DNA of 64,000 nt from Patescibacteria group bacterium (GTDB lineage: Bacteria > Patescibacteriota > Minisyncoccia > Phycocordibacterales > DATDWN01). Each line of letters starts with the position of its first letter. The first letter of the stretch is position 1. The position numbers and the translations under genes are program-made. This document shows, in pieces, positions 45,462 through 53,914 of the stretch. Under the pieces are notes generated by a model. That model was not told the origin of the DNA, did no database searches, and saw nothing but the letters and a program-made list of their open reading frames with translations. Location: the NCBI GenBank assembly GCA_013816135.1, contig JACDEV010000002.1, positions 33,120 to 97,119 on the forward strand. Reading direction: 5' to 3'.

Positions 45462-46463
45462 TTAAGGACTTTTCCTGCCGATTACTTTTTTGGCGGCTAA
45501 GATTATATGCGACTGATTCATTCCATAATGACCAATAAGCTCATCTTGTGTTCCTGATTGTCCAAACTTATCTCTGACTCCGATAAATTCGATTGGTACT
45601 GGAAAATTTTCTGCTAAGGTTTCAGCAATAAGTGACCCCATACCCCCCATAATCTGATGCTCTTCAACAGTGACAATACATCCCGTGGTCCGTGCAAGAT
45701 TTACTACCGATTCAACATCCAAAGGCTTAATGGTTGCGAGATTCATTACCTTGGCGGATATACCTTCTAATTTCAAAGCTTCAGCGGCAAGTAAAGCTCG
45801 ATGGACCAAGGCACCAGTGGCAATTATTCCAACATCTGCATGAACTTCCTCTTCTCCATAAAATAGAACGGCTCTGCCAAGCTCAAAGGGAGTTTCATCT
45901 GTAGTAATAACTGCAGTTTTTTCGCGGGCTAATCGAATATAAACAGGATGACCTATTTCAGCCACTGCCAATGTTGCTTTCCTAGCTTCTATGTAATCAC
46001 ATGGAGAAACTACCACCATCTTTGGAATAACTCTTGTAAGTGCGATGTCTTCAATTGCTTGATGAGTTCCCCCATCAGGGCCTACAGAAACTCCAGCGTG
46101 TGAACCCGCAATGATAACAGCTCTATTGTTGTAGCAAATTGTAGTTCTGATCTGTTCCCAATTTCTACCAGGAGAAAACATTGCATAACTGGAGATGAAA
46201 GGAATTTTTCCCATGGCAGCCATACCAGAAGCAACGGAAGCTAAGTTTTGTTCTGCCACTCCAATTTCCACAAACCTGTCAGGAAATTTATCTCGAAATA
46301 GATTCATCTTAGTTGACTCAGTCAGATCTGCGCATAACCCGACAACCTGAGAATTATTTTCACCTGCTAAAACTAATCCCTCTCCAAAACCATTGCGAAT
46401 AGGAACTTTCTCAACATCTTTTTTAAAAATCTTGGGATTAAGTTTTAAGGATTTGTTGATCAT
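45462..46463 (-). CDS. transketolase, C-terminal subunit
   Basis: Pyrimidine-binding and C-terminal domains of a split transketolase. Confidence 0.85.
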   Translation of the reverse strand: MINKSLKLNPKIFKKDVEKVPIRNGFGEGLVLAGENNSQVVGLCADLTESTKMNLFRDKFPDRFVEIGVAEQNLASVASGMAAMGKIPFISSYAMFSPGRNWEQIRTTICYNNRAVIIAGSHAGVSVGPDGGTHQAIEDIALTRVIPKMVVVSPCDYIEARKATLAVAEIGHPVYIRLAREKTAVITTDETPFELGRAVLFYGEEEVHADVGIIATGALVHRALLAAEALKLEGISAKVMNLATIKPLDVESVVNLARTTGCIVTVEEHQIMGGMGSLIAETLAENFPVPIEFIGVRDKFGQSGTQDELIGHYGMNQSHIILAAKKVIGRKSP

Positions 46464-46472
46464 AGTTTTATT

Positions 46473-47372
46473 TTATTCGTGTTCGGATGTTATCTGTCCC
46501 CCAAGACTACGTAATTCTCTCAAAGCAATTTCTGCTTGTTTTTCTTTCGGTGGTTCACCGGCTATTTCTGTTCCAGGAGGATTACCATGCCATTTATAAT
46601 CTTTTTCCATAAATGAAACTCCTTTGCCAGGAATTGTATTGGCAATGATTACACTCGGGCCATCAAAAACCGCCTGAGCTCTTCCAATAGCTTCCACTAT
46701 ATCCGAAAAATTATGACCATCTATTTCTTCTACATGAAAACCAAAACTTTCGAACTTATGTGATAGCGGAGACAAAGGCATTACTTCATCTGTATATCCG
46801 TCGATTTGAATATTATTTCTATCAACAATAGCGATAAGATTTCCTAACTTTTCTTTAGAAGCCAGCATCATAGCTTCCCAATTCTGACCTTCATCGAGTT
46901 CTCCATCCCCTAACATGCAATAGAAAAATCTATCTGATGTTCTACCAAAGTCCATTCTATCAGCGATAGCCATACCCACAGCCTGAGAAAGACCAGAACC
47001 AAGAGGACCTGAGCTTGTCTCGAGCATTGGCAAGAATTCCCTGTGTGGATGGCCTTGGAGTCTGGATTTATATTTTCTCAAAGTCAAAAGTTCTTTCACA
47101 GGAAAATATCCACAATGAGCCATTGTGGCATACAAGACTGGAGCGATGTGCCCATTGGAAAGTATTAGTCGATCACGTGAAGGCCAAGTTGGGACCTTTG
47201 GATCATGTCTAAGAATAAAAAAATAAAGCGTGGCAAATATGTCAGCCATACCCAACGGTCCAGCAGAATGTCCAGATCCTGCAGAGACTAGCATCTCTAT
47301 GATCGATATCCTTATTTCTTTAGCTTTTTCTTCAAGGAACTCGATTTTTTCGGGAGTAAGATTATTTAACAT
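46473..47372 (-). CDS. transketolase, N-terminal (TPP-binding) subunit
   Basis: GHSAGPLGMADIFATLYF and GDGELDEG TPP-binding motifs. Confidence 0.85.
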   Translation of the reverse strand: MLNNLTPEKIEFLEEKAKEIRISIIEMLVSAGSGHSAGPLGMADIFATLYFFILRHDPKVPTWPSRDRLILSNGHIAPVLYATMAHCGYFPVKELLTLRKYKSRLQGHPHREFLPMLETSSGPLGSGLSQAVGMAIADRMDFGRTSDRFFYCMLGDGELDEGQNWEAMMLASKEKLGNLIAIVDRNNIQIDGYTDEVMPLSPLSHKFESFGFHVEEIDGHNFSDIVEAIGRAQAVFDGPSVIIANTIPGKGVSFMEKDYKWHGNPPGTEIAGEPPKEKQAEIALRELRSLGGQITSEHE

Positions 47373-47423
47373 ACATCAAAATAATTATACGCTTCCTATA
47401 ACTAATCGCAATAAATAATCCAT

Positions 47424-48098
47424 CTATTCGATTGATTTCAAATAGTTATATGCTTCTTCTGGACTACTTGATTCTAAAATATCTTTGCCTGAAATAAGTT
47501 TTGTTGCTCCAGCAGAAACTAATTCCTGCGCTGTCTCTTCATTTACTCCTATATCAATAGCTATTTCTTTTTCAGGATAAGTTGTGTGTAGAGCTGTAAT
47601 TTGTTCGATAGCTTTCGGATCGAGTACAACACCATGTTTACCTAGAAAGTCTGACCCCATACATTGAATAAAATCTACATTTGGAACAAAAGAAGCTATT
47701 CTGGATATATCTGTTGACGGTTTTATAGCTATACCTATTAAAACACTATTTTCTCGACAAAGATCAATAACTTTTTGAAAATTATCTGTCGATTCTATAT
47801 GAGCTACTATGGAAGTCGCGCCTGTTTTTATCCAGTCCAAAACAACGATCTCTGGAGACTTTATCATTAGGTGAATCTCTATTTCCAAATCCTCCCATCG
47901 AGGCCAACCTTCCTGCTCGGTCTTCAATAAATCAAAATATTCCAAATCCCTTCCGTTGTATGGCCAAGTTTTTGTAGGCACGAAAATACCGTCAGAAATA
48001 TCTATCTGAACTATTGTCGCAAACTGAGCGACTTTTCTTATTTCTTCCTCAAGTTGAGCTTTAGTATGAGGGATGATAGCTGGAACTACTGTAGTCAT
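47424..48098 (-). CDS. rpe: ribulose-phosphate 3-epimerase-like TIM-barrel protein
   Basis: IDISDGIFVP and IEIHLMIKSP correspond to the Rpe metal-binding blocks. Overlaps rpiB by 4 nt. Confidence 0.65.
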   Translation of the reverse strand: MTTVVPAIIPHTKAQLEEEIRKVAQFATIVQIDISDGIFVPTKTWPYNGRDLEYFDLLKTEQEGWPRWEDLEIEIHLMIKSPEIVVLDWIKTGATSIVAHIESTDNFQKVIDLCRENSVLIGIAIKPSTDISRIASFVPNVDFIQCMGSDFLGKHGVVLDPKAIEQITALHTTYPEKEIAIDIGVNEETAQELVSAGATKLISGKDILESSSPEEAYNYLKSIE

Positions 48099-48544
48099 AT
48101 TTTTACTTCTTCTATTTTTTTTATTCTTCTTTTGTGTCTTTCATCACCTGAAAATTTTGTATGAAGCCATAGCTCCACTGCTTGCTTTGCTTCCTGAGTA
48201 GTAATGAATTGAGAACCAAGGGACAAAATATTAGCATCATTATGTTCCCGCGAAAGAGTCAGAATATGTTTAGAACCTCCGTAAAATACAGCACATCTGA
48301 CGTTTGAAAATCTATTACAAACCATAGCTTCTCCCTGACCGGACCAGCCAATAACTATTCCTTTTGACTCAGGGTCCTTGGAAACATTATGAGCGACAAC
48401 CGAAACATAATCAGGATAGTCGTCATCGTGCTCGTACTTTGTTGGTCCGCAATCTACCAATTCATTTCCAAGAGAAGCTAGAAAAACCTTGAGTTCCCTC
48501 TTCATTTCAAACCCAGCATGATCTGAACCAATAAAAATCTTCAT
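48095..48544 (-). CDS. rpiB: ribose-5-phosphate isomerase B
   Basis: MKIFIGSDHAGFEMK N-terminus. Confidence 0.85.
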   Translation of the reverse strand: MKIFIGSDHAGFEMKRELKVFLASLGNELVDCGPTKYEHDDDYPDYVSVVAHNVSKDPESKGIVIGWSGQGEAMVCNRFSNVRCAVFYGGSKHILTLSREHNDANILSLGSQFITTQEAKQAVELWLHTKFSGDERHKRRIKKIEEVKI

Positions 48545-48580
48545 AATAGTATTATAACAAAATTACAAAATATATTAGAC

Positions 48581-49132
48581 TTATTTTCCATATCTAATTT
48601 TCAATTCCATCTTGTCCATTTCTGACATTTTATTACCATATTCATCTGGAGCACTGATTATTTTTGTCATAGCCTCTTCTTTTTTCTCCTTACTCCAATC
48701 TTCTGGTATTGAAGTAGTAGCCGATGGTGTAATCAAATAACCACCATCAGTATCTTTGATTAATAAAAAATTGTATCCCCCAAAGTTCGCCCCGAGCTGC
48801 ATTGCTTTATTGGTATGAGAATTTTCGTGACTAAGTGTATCGATAAGAGAATCATGATCAAATCCTAGAATTTCCATAACTCGTTTCGCCTCTAGGAGGG
48901 TCTCAACAAGTATTGACGCTTCATCTAACCTTTCTCGATATGAATAATAATATTCAAGTTCTTCGTCGGTTAGCTCCCTATCTTTCTGTATAATAGTTGC
49001 TTCAATAAGTTTACTAGCAATCTCCTTCTCCTCAGAGATAGTTAAACAATATGATTTTGCATGAAAGATTTTTCCTTGAAGTTTATTCTCAACTTCTTCC
49101 GGTAAACTTGTAATCGTGTGAATTTTTTCCAT
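48581..49132 (-). CDS. hypothetical protein containing an HENSH (HExxH-like) motif
   Basis: 183-aa ORF between rpiB and gap. Confidence 0.4.
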   Translation of the reverse strand: MEKIHTITSLPEEVENKLQGKIFHAKSYCLTISEEKEIASKLIEATIIQKDRELTDEELEYYYSYRERLDEASILVETLLEAKRVMEILGFDHDSLIDTLSHENSHTNKAMQLGANFGGYNFLLIKDTDGGYLITPSATTSIPEDWSKEKKEEAMTKIISAPDEYGNKMSEMDKMELKIRYGK

Positions 49133-49135
49133 ACT

Positions 49136-50164
49136 TTATAAAAAACTTGCAGTCTTTACAACATGTTCAACCAAAGAATGTGTGTATCCCATTTCATTAT
49201 CATACCAAGCCATCACCTTCACCAAATTTCCGCCAATCACTCGTGTCAATCCAAGGTCAGCTATTGAAGCATACTTACTGCCTAGAATATCAGAAGAAAC
49301 AATCGGATCTTCTGTCACTGAAAAAATATTTGCCCAATGTTTATCTTCGCTGGCTTTCTTTAATATTTCATTTACTTCTTTGACACTAGTTTCTCGTTTA
49401 GAAATAAAAGTTATATCGACTATTGATCCTGCAATTACTGGCACTCTGATAGCAATACCATCAAACTTACCTTCAAGCTGAGTCATAACCTTTGTCACTG
49501 CAATTGCCGCTCCTGTAGTTGTTGGAACTATATTCTGTGCAGCAGCTCTTCCTTCCTTAAAGTCCTTTGCATTTGGACCATCCACAATTCCTTGGCTAGC
49601 AGTGTAACCATGAACTGTGTTGAGCACGGCTTTTTCGATTCCTATCGCTCCATCCAAGATAGACAAAACTGGGCTTCCGGCATTTGTAGTACAGGATGCA
49701 TTAGAAGTGACAATTTTCTCATTCAAAGTATCACAATTTATTCCCATAAGTATTGTTCCTTCATCAGCTGCACTTGGATTATCTTTTGCTGGCGCAGTAA
49801 TTACCACTTTCTTTGCCCCAGCTGTGACATGAGCCCGAGCTTTTTCAAACGAAGTAAAGAATCCGGTAGATTCAACTACCACATCTATTTCAAGATCTTT
49901 CCAAGGCAAGTTCACAGGGTCTTTTTCAGATAAAAAAGCAACTTCTTGACCATCGACAATAATATTTTTTTTGTCAGCAGAAGTAGTTACAGAAGTGAAT
50001 TTCTGTCCATAAGCAGTATCGTATTTTAATAAATAAGCGATGTTATCAATATTTCCTAAGTCATTTATAGCGACCACTTCAATATCTTCTCTTGTATGAG
50101 CGATTCTGAAAAAAGCTCTTCCTATTCTTCCACCTCCGTTAATTGCCACTTTGATTTTCTTCAT
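49136..50164 (-). CDS. gap: glyceraldehyde-3-phosphate dehydrogenase
   Basis: INGGGRIGR Rossmann motif and ASCTTN active site. Confidence 0.9.
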   Translation of the reverse strand: MKKIKVAINGGGRIGRAFFRIAHTREDIEVVAINDLGNIDNIAYLLKYDTAYGQKFTSVTTSADKKNIIVDGQEVAFLSEKDPVNLPWKDLEIDVVVESTGFFTSFEKARAHVTAGAKKVVITAPAKDNPSAADEGTILMGINCDTLNEKIVTSNASCTTNAGSPVLSILDGAIGIEKAVLNTVHGYTASQGIVDGPNAKDFKEGRAAAQNIVPTTTGAAIAVTKVMTQLEGKFDGIAIRVPVIAGSIVDITFISKRETSVKEVNEILKKASEDKHWANIFSVTEDPIVSSDILGSKYASIADLGLTRVIGGNLVKVMAWYDNEMGYTHSLVEHVVKTASFL

Positions 50165-50261
50165 ATGAAATTAGCTGAATTTAAATTGTATAAAGAAATT
50201 ATAACAAAATAATAGACAAGAGAAAACCGCCAGCCTAAGCTGACGGTTCCAAAAAAGCTTT

Positions 50262-50456
50262 CTAGATTATGAGCAGAAACCACCCAACTACTGCTCCGAT
50301 ACAAGCAAGCACTCCTGTGATGATCCAGGAGCCGTAACAAGTACGCAATGTAAATTTGCATAGAGTATCTACAGGACAGCGTTTCTTTTTGTGATTTCCT
50401 GAACAGACAACAAGCGATGTGATTGCCATAAAAATGGCTCCGACTACTGCTCCCAT
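50262..50456 (-). CDS. small two-TM membrane protein (hypothetical)
   Basis: 64-aa ORF with two hydrophobic helices. Confidence 0.3.
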   Translation of the reverse strand: MGAVVGAIFMAITSLVVCSGNHKKKRCPVDTLCKFTLRTCYGSWIITGVLACIGAVVGWFLLII

Positions 50457-50530
50457 AATATATTTGTCTCCCTATTTACCCTATAACATAAAGAATTGAA
50501 GGTCAAACAAATCAAAAACCTGAATAAAAG

Positions 50531-53317
50531 TTATTTTTCTATTAAAACTATATTATCTTGCGTTCCCCATACCTCGCTTAATCCGGTATAATCTGCTGAA
50601 ATCGAAATATCCTCAGAATTGTATAAAAAAGGCACAGACCAACTAACATGCATACCTGCTACCAGAGAGCCGAACATGAATACAAATTTATTCTTCTGAA
50701 GAAATTCGGGATGTTTATTTGATGTATATTTATAATAATCCAACCCAGGTATCCAATATTTATCACTATATTTACTTTTAATATACATTCCTACTTCATA
50801 CAAACTTTTACCCACCATTTCATCCAAAGAAAATATTTTTATTTTATCTGATGGTATTAAATCATAATTTATCATTGCAGTGTCTAGATTTAGAACATAT
50901 TCTGCATTATTTCTCGGATCATTATTTTCCCTTATTTGATAATCTAATTGATTTTGCTTAACTATTTCTGGGGTAGGATTTATAGGCTGGAGATTAAAAG
51001 ATGAATGTTTATAAAGATCTACAAGCACAGGATTAAATATCTCGGCCAAAGCTTCCAATGAGAGATTTGAGATTTTTTCCTCCTTCACACTTTCCTTTTT
51101 AGGATTTACTGACTTTCCCCCAGCAGGCCAAGCTTCTCTACTTGGTCCTCGTCCAAAAATATAATCAACTGTATCTCTTGGGCCATTAAACTCTATTGTC
51201 CTTCCTAGCGGAATCTTTGGAGCTTTTATATCAAAAGAATTTACTACTCCGCCCGTCCCATAATCAGGTCTTTGTTCCCAACCGCTGCTTGTAAAAAAAC
51301 CAAACTGATCTTTAAACAACTGATAAAGATAAGCTTTGTCTGTTGGGTTAGTGCTTTGAGAAACAAATTCTTTCCACAAATAATAATCTAATTCATATTT
51401 ATATCCTTCTTTCTGCCACTGTGACAGAACTTTATCTAATCCTCGCATTGAAAGCACTGACTCCTTTAGCATATATTGAATTGCCCTTTGTCCTCCCTCT
51501 TTAAAGTAAAAAGCGCTGTTTGACTCTTTGCCAGCAAAAACATTTTGGGTAACCCTTGCAACCTTAGCCAGATTCCAAAGCTTATCCACTGTATCTTCTG
51601 GTACTTCTAGATTTCCATTATCATCCATCACTTTAGAAATAAGCAGTTGGAATAATTCATTTTCTCCACCCGCCTCTGAATAAATAGTCCCTTCTGTTAC
51701 TTGTGGCAAATAATCATATTCAATTTTATAAATTCTAGACAAAAAAGCAGGGTCCATGTCTTGTCTATCGACATATCTGTCATCTCCTTGATTTAAATTC
51801 CCAGTCATTATAACGCCGTAACCCTCTTTCACAGTTATTGCTGAACCGCTGTTTTGTTGGACACTTACTTCATCACCCACTTTTCTTGTCAAAATATGAT
51901 TCATACTTATAAGAAGTTCATGCGGAATAGCGTTTACTTCGTCGATAATAACTGGCTTTCCTTCTGCCATTGCTCGATAAATTGGTCCGATAAAAAAATC
52001 AGATATGGTTCCACCTTTGAACTGAGTTAAATAAGTTTGAAGTAACCTCTCATGTGCTCGGTTTTTTTCATTTTCTGCGATCTCTGGAGGCAGTGAACTT
52101 AATTTATCTTGATTCTCTATAATCCAATCATCATATTTTTTCTCAACATTTTTTACAAAAACTTCAAGTTCTTCCTTCTTTATTTTTTCAATATCAAGCA
52201 CCTGATGACCATACAACTCAGCACTAGACATGTTCTTTGACCCAGAAATAACTAAAGCAGACCTGTGAGAACTATCTAATTCTTTTCTTTCCTCCTTTTG
52301 TTCTTCCAAAGAGGCGTTCGGATTTTTTTCTAACCATACCTTGTAAGATTCTTCAATTTTTTGGTCGATATCAGGCCGATCATTCAAAATATAATTTTTA
52401 GCAATATGCATTGCTAATTCAGTTTTACCGCTTCCAAGATGTCCATATATCATTACTGGTTTTCCGGAATTCAAGTGGCTGACAACATCTTCGATGTTCT
52501 TAACTACATATGGAGTTTCTGCAATACGACCGTTTTCTAAGTCATCTTTGTATTTTTTTAGTTGCTTAAGGTGTAATCCATAATAAGCTTCAGGTGAGGA
52601 AACAAGTAGATTTTCTTTTTTCCATTGTTCCTCATTTATTTCTTCTCTGATCTCATTTAAAGCTTCCAGTTCAGAACTACCAGGTTCCTCTTTCATACTT
52701 TTCAAAATTTCACTTTCTTCTTTTCTTAAAGAACGAAGGCGTGACTCTATATCATGTTCTTCCCTCAAAGCTTGTCGTAGATTTGCAGTTTTAAATTTTA
52801 TTAATTTTTTTTCTGGAGAATTATCCTTTCCCAAACTTTCTTCTAATTCTCTTTCCAAACTCTCTTCATTAATTAAAGCTTTATTTGCAACTCTAGGCCT
52901 TCTAGACTTTGAAAGAACCTCTTCAGGCTTTAAAGGCATTCTTTCTGTGTTCGAAAGTTCAGTCTCTTTATATAGCTCATTCTTTACTTTATGAAGTTGT
53001 CTTGCTTTCTTTTCGATGTCATTGACCTTATATTCAATTTGAGGCCATTCCACTGGCTCTTCTTCAACAACTATCTCCCCTATAAAATACCCTGAGTAAG
53101 GGTCAGCAGGATTAGAATCACTAATAATTCTGATTGTATGAGGATCTGTTCCAGGTGATTGGGTACCTTGAAGTCTGATTATTTTTCTTCCTTTTGCACT
53201 ACTTTCCCACGCTATAACATTATTATTTTTATCTTTCTTCTCTTTAAAAAAAACGCCTGAAAGCACCTTATTATCTTCTTGTTTTTCAATTGTTTCGCTT
53301 GATGGGAATTTTTCCAT
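50531..53317 (-). CDS. MoxR-like/AAA_5-type AAA+ ATPase (928 aa) with long N- and C-terminal extensions
   Basis: Walker A GHLGSGKTE (~52430), then a ~150-aa insertion, Walker B PVIIDEVNAIP, and sensor/Arg region VIMTGNLNQGDDRYVDRQDMDPAFLSRI. Confidence 0.75.
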   Translation of the reverse strand: MEKFPSSETIEKQEDNKVLSGVFFKEKKDKNNNVIAWESSAKGRKIIRLQGTQSPGTDPHTIRIISDSNPADPYSGYFIGEIVVEEEPVEWPQIEYKVNDIEKKARQLHKVKNELYKETELSNTERMPLKPEEVLSKSRRPRVANKALINEESLERELEESLGKDNSPEKKLIKFKTANLRQALREEHDIESRLRSLRKEESEILKSMKEEPGSSELEALNEIREEINEEQWKKENLLVSSPEAYYGLHLKQLKKYKDDLENGRIAETPYVVKNIEDVVSHLNSGKPVMIYGHLGSGKTELAMHIAKNYILNDRPDIDQKIEESYKVWLEKNPNASLEEQKEERKELDSSHRSALVISGSKNMSSAELYGHQVLDIEKIKKEELEVFVKNVEKKYDDWIIENQDKLSSLPPEIAENEKNRAHERLLQTYLTQFKGGTISDFFIGPIYRAMAEGKPVIIDEVNAIPHELLISMNHILTRKVGDEVSVQQNSGSAITVKEGYGVIMTGNLNQGDDRYVDRQDMDPAFLSRIYKIEYDYLPQVTEGTIYSEAGGENELFQLLISKVMDDNGNLEVPEDTVDKLWNLAKVARVTQNVFAGKESNSAFYFKEGGQRAIQYMLKESVLSMRGLDKVLSQWQKEGYKYELDYYLWKEFVSQSTNPTDKAYLYQLFKDQFGFFTSSGWEQRPDYGTGGVVNSFDIKAPKIPLGRTIEFNGPRDTVDYIFGRGPSREAWPAGGKSVNPKKESVKEEKISNLSLEALAEIFNPVLVDLYKHSSFNLQPINPTPEIVKQNQLDYQIRENNDPRNNAEYVLNLDTAMINYDLIPSDKIKIFSLDEMVGKSLYEVGMYIKSKYSDKYWIPGLDYYKYTSNKHPEFLQKNKFVFMFGSLVAGMHVSWSVPFLYNSEDISISADYTGLSEVWGTQDNIVLIEK

Positions 53318-53372
53318 TTCTATATATAAATTATATATTTATAATAGCTAATTATAGACAACATTGTAATAC

Positions 53373-53401
53373 TTGACAGTATAATGATTGTCTGCTATGC
53401 T
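53373..53401 (+). promoter_or_regulatory. candidate promoter TTGACA-N17-TATGCT (plus strand, intergenic)
   Basis: -35 at 53373-53378, -10 at 53396-53401. The downstream + strand transcript would end at the 53625-53648 terminator. Confidence 0.35.
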
Positions 53402-53624
53402 TATTTTAGAATATATGGTGTATGATTTCGTTAACGTTTAAGGTCTTATGGAGCTATGACTCCAACGCTTAAAAGCGGGTTTCTTGATTAGCCAAATCAT
53501 GAAAGCACTCCCACGCTTCGTTTGTCTAGCCACGACAAACGAAGCACAAGCCCATAAAAGCGGAAGGCCTAGAGTAAAGAAACTGGAGACCCACCATGGA
53601 CCAACATTGAATAAGCTTTTGTAA

Positions 53625-53648
53625 GGGCCCCTCGATAGGGGCCTTTTA
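53625..53648 (+). terminator. plus-strand rho-independent terminator
   Basis: GGGCCCCTCGATAGGGGCC followed by TTTT. Confidence 0.55.
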
Positions 53649-53698
53649 TCTTCCAAAATAGCCTTAGAAATAAGGTTATTTTTGTATTTAAAATTAAC

Positions 53699-53727
53699 TT
53701 GACAAACATAGCTGGGTCTGCTATACT
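53699..53727 (+). promoter_or_regulatory. candidate promoter TTGACA-N17-TATACT (plus strand, intergenic)
   Basis: -35 at 53699-53704, -10 at 53722-53727. The transcript would end at the 53888-53913 terminator (~175 nt). Confidence 0.45.
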
Positions 53728-53850
53728 ATCTACAGTAGTTGGAATTTTTTTCAACTATAGTTCCTTAGGAAAATGTTTATTGTCCGAGTTGATGGTTAGC
53801 CACACCATCATGCTTCTCGGCTTCTAGTTGCTTAGCCACAGCGACAAGAT

Positions 53851-53913
53851 GAAAAAAATGAGACTCTTTAAATAAAGAGTCAAACAAGTCCATCTTAAAG
53901 GTGGACTTTTTTT
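53851..53913. terminator. back-to-back terminators: minus-strand hairpin GAGACTCTTTAAATAAAGAGTC with an A-run (53851-53881) and plus-strand hairpin GTCCATCTTAAAGGTGGAC followed by T7 (53888-53913)
   Basis: The minus-strand hairpin/T-run ends the upstream vWA gene transcript. The plus-strand hairpin/T-run ends the candidate plus-strand sRNA. Confidence 0.55.
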
Positions 53914-53914
53914 A

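Noticed and set aside
53438-53754. 72-aa and 61-aa minus-strand ORFs in the vWA/AAA+ intergenic gap
   Set aside because: No RBS. They overlap GC-rich hairpins and plus-strand promoter/terminator signals, so the region is interpreted as non-coding/sRNA.
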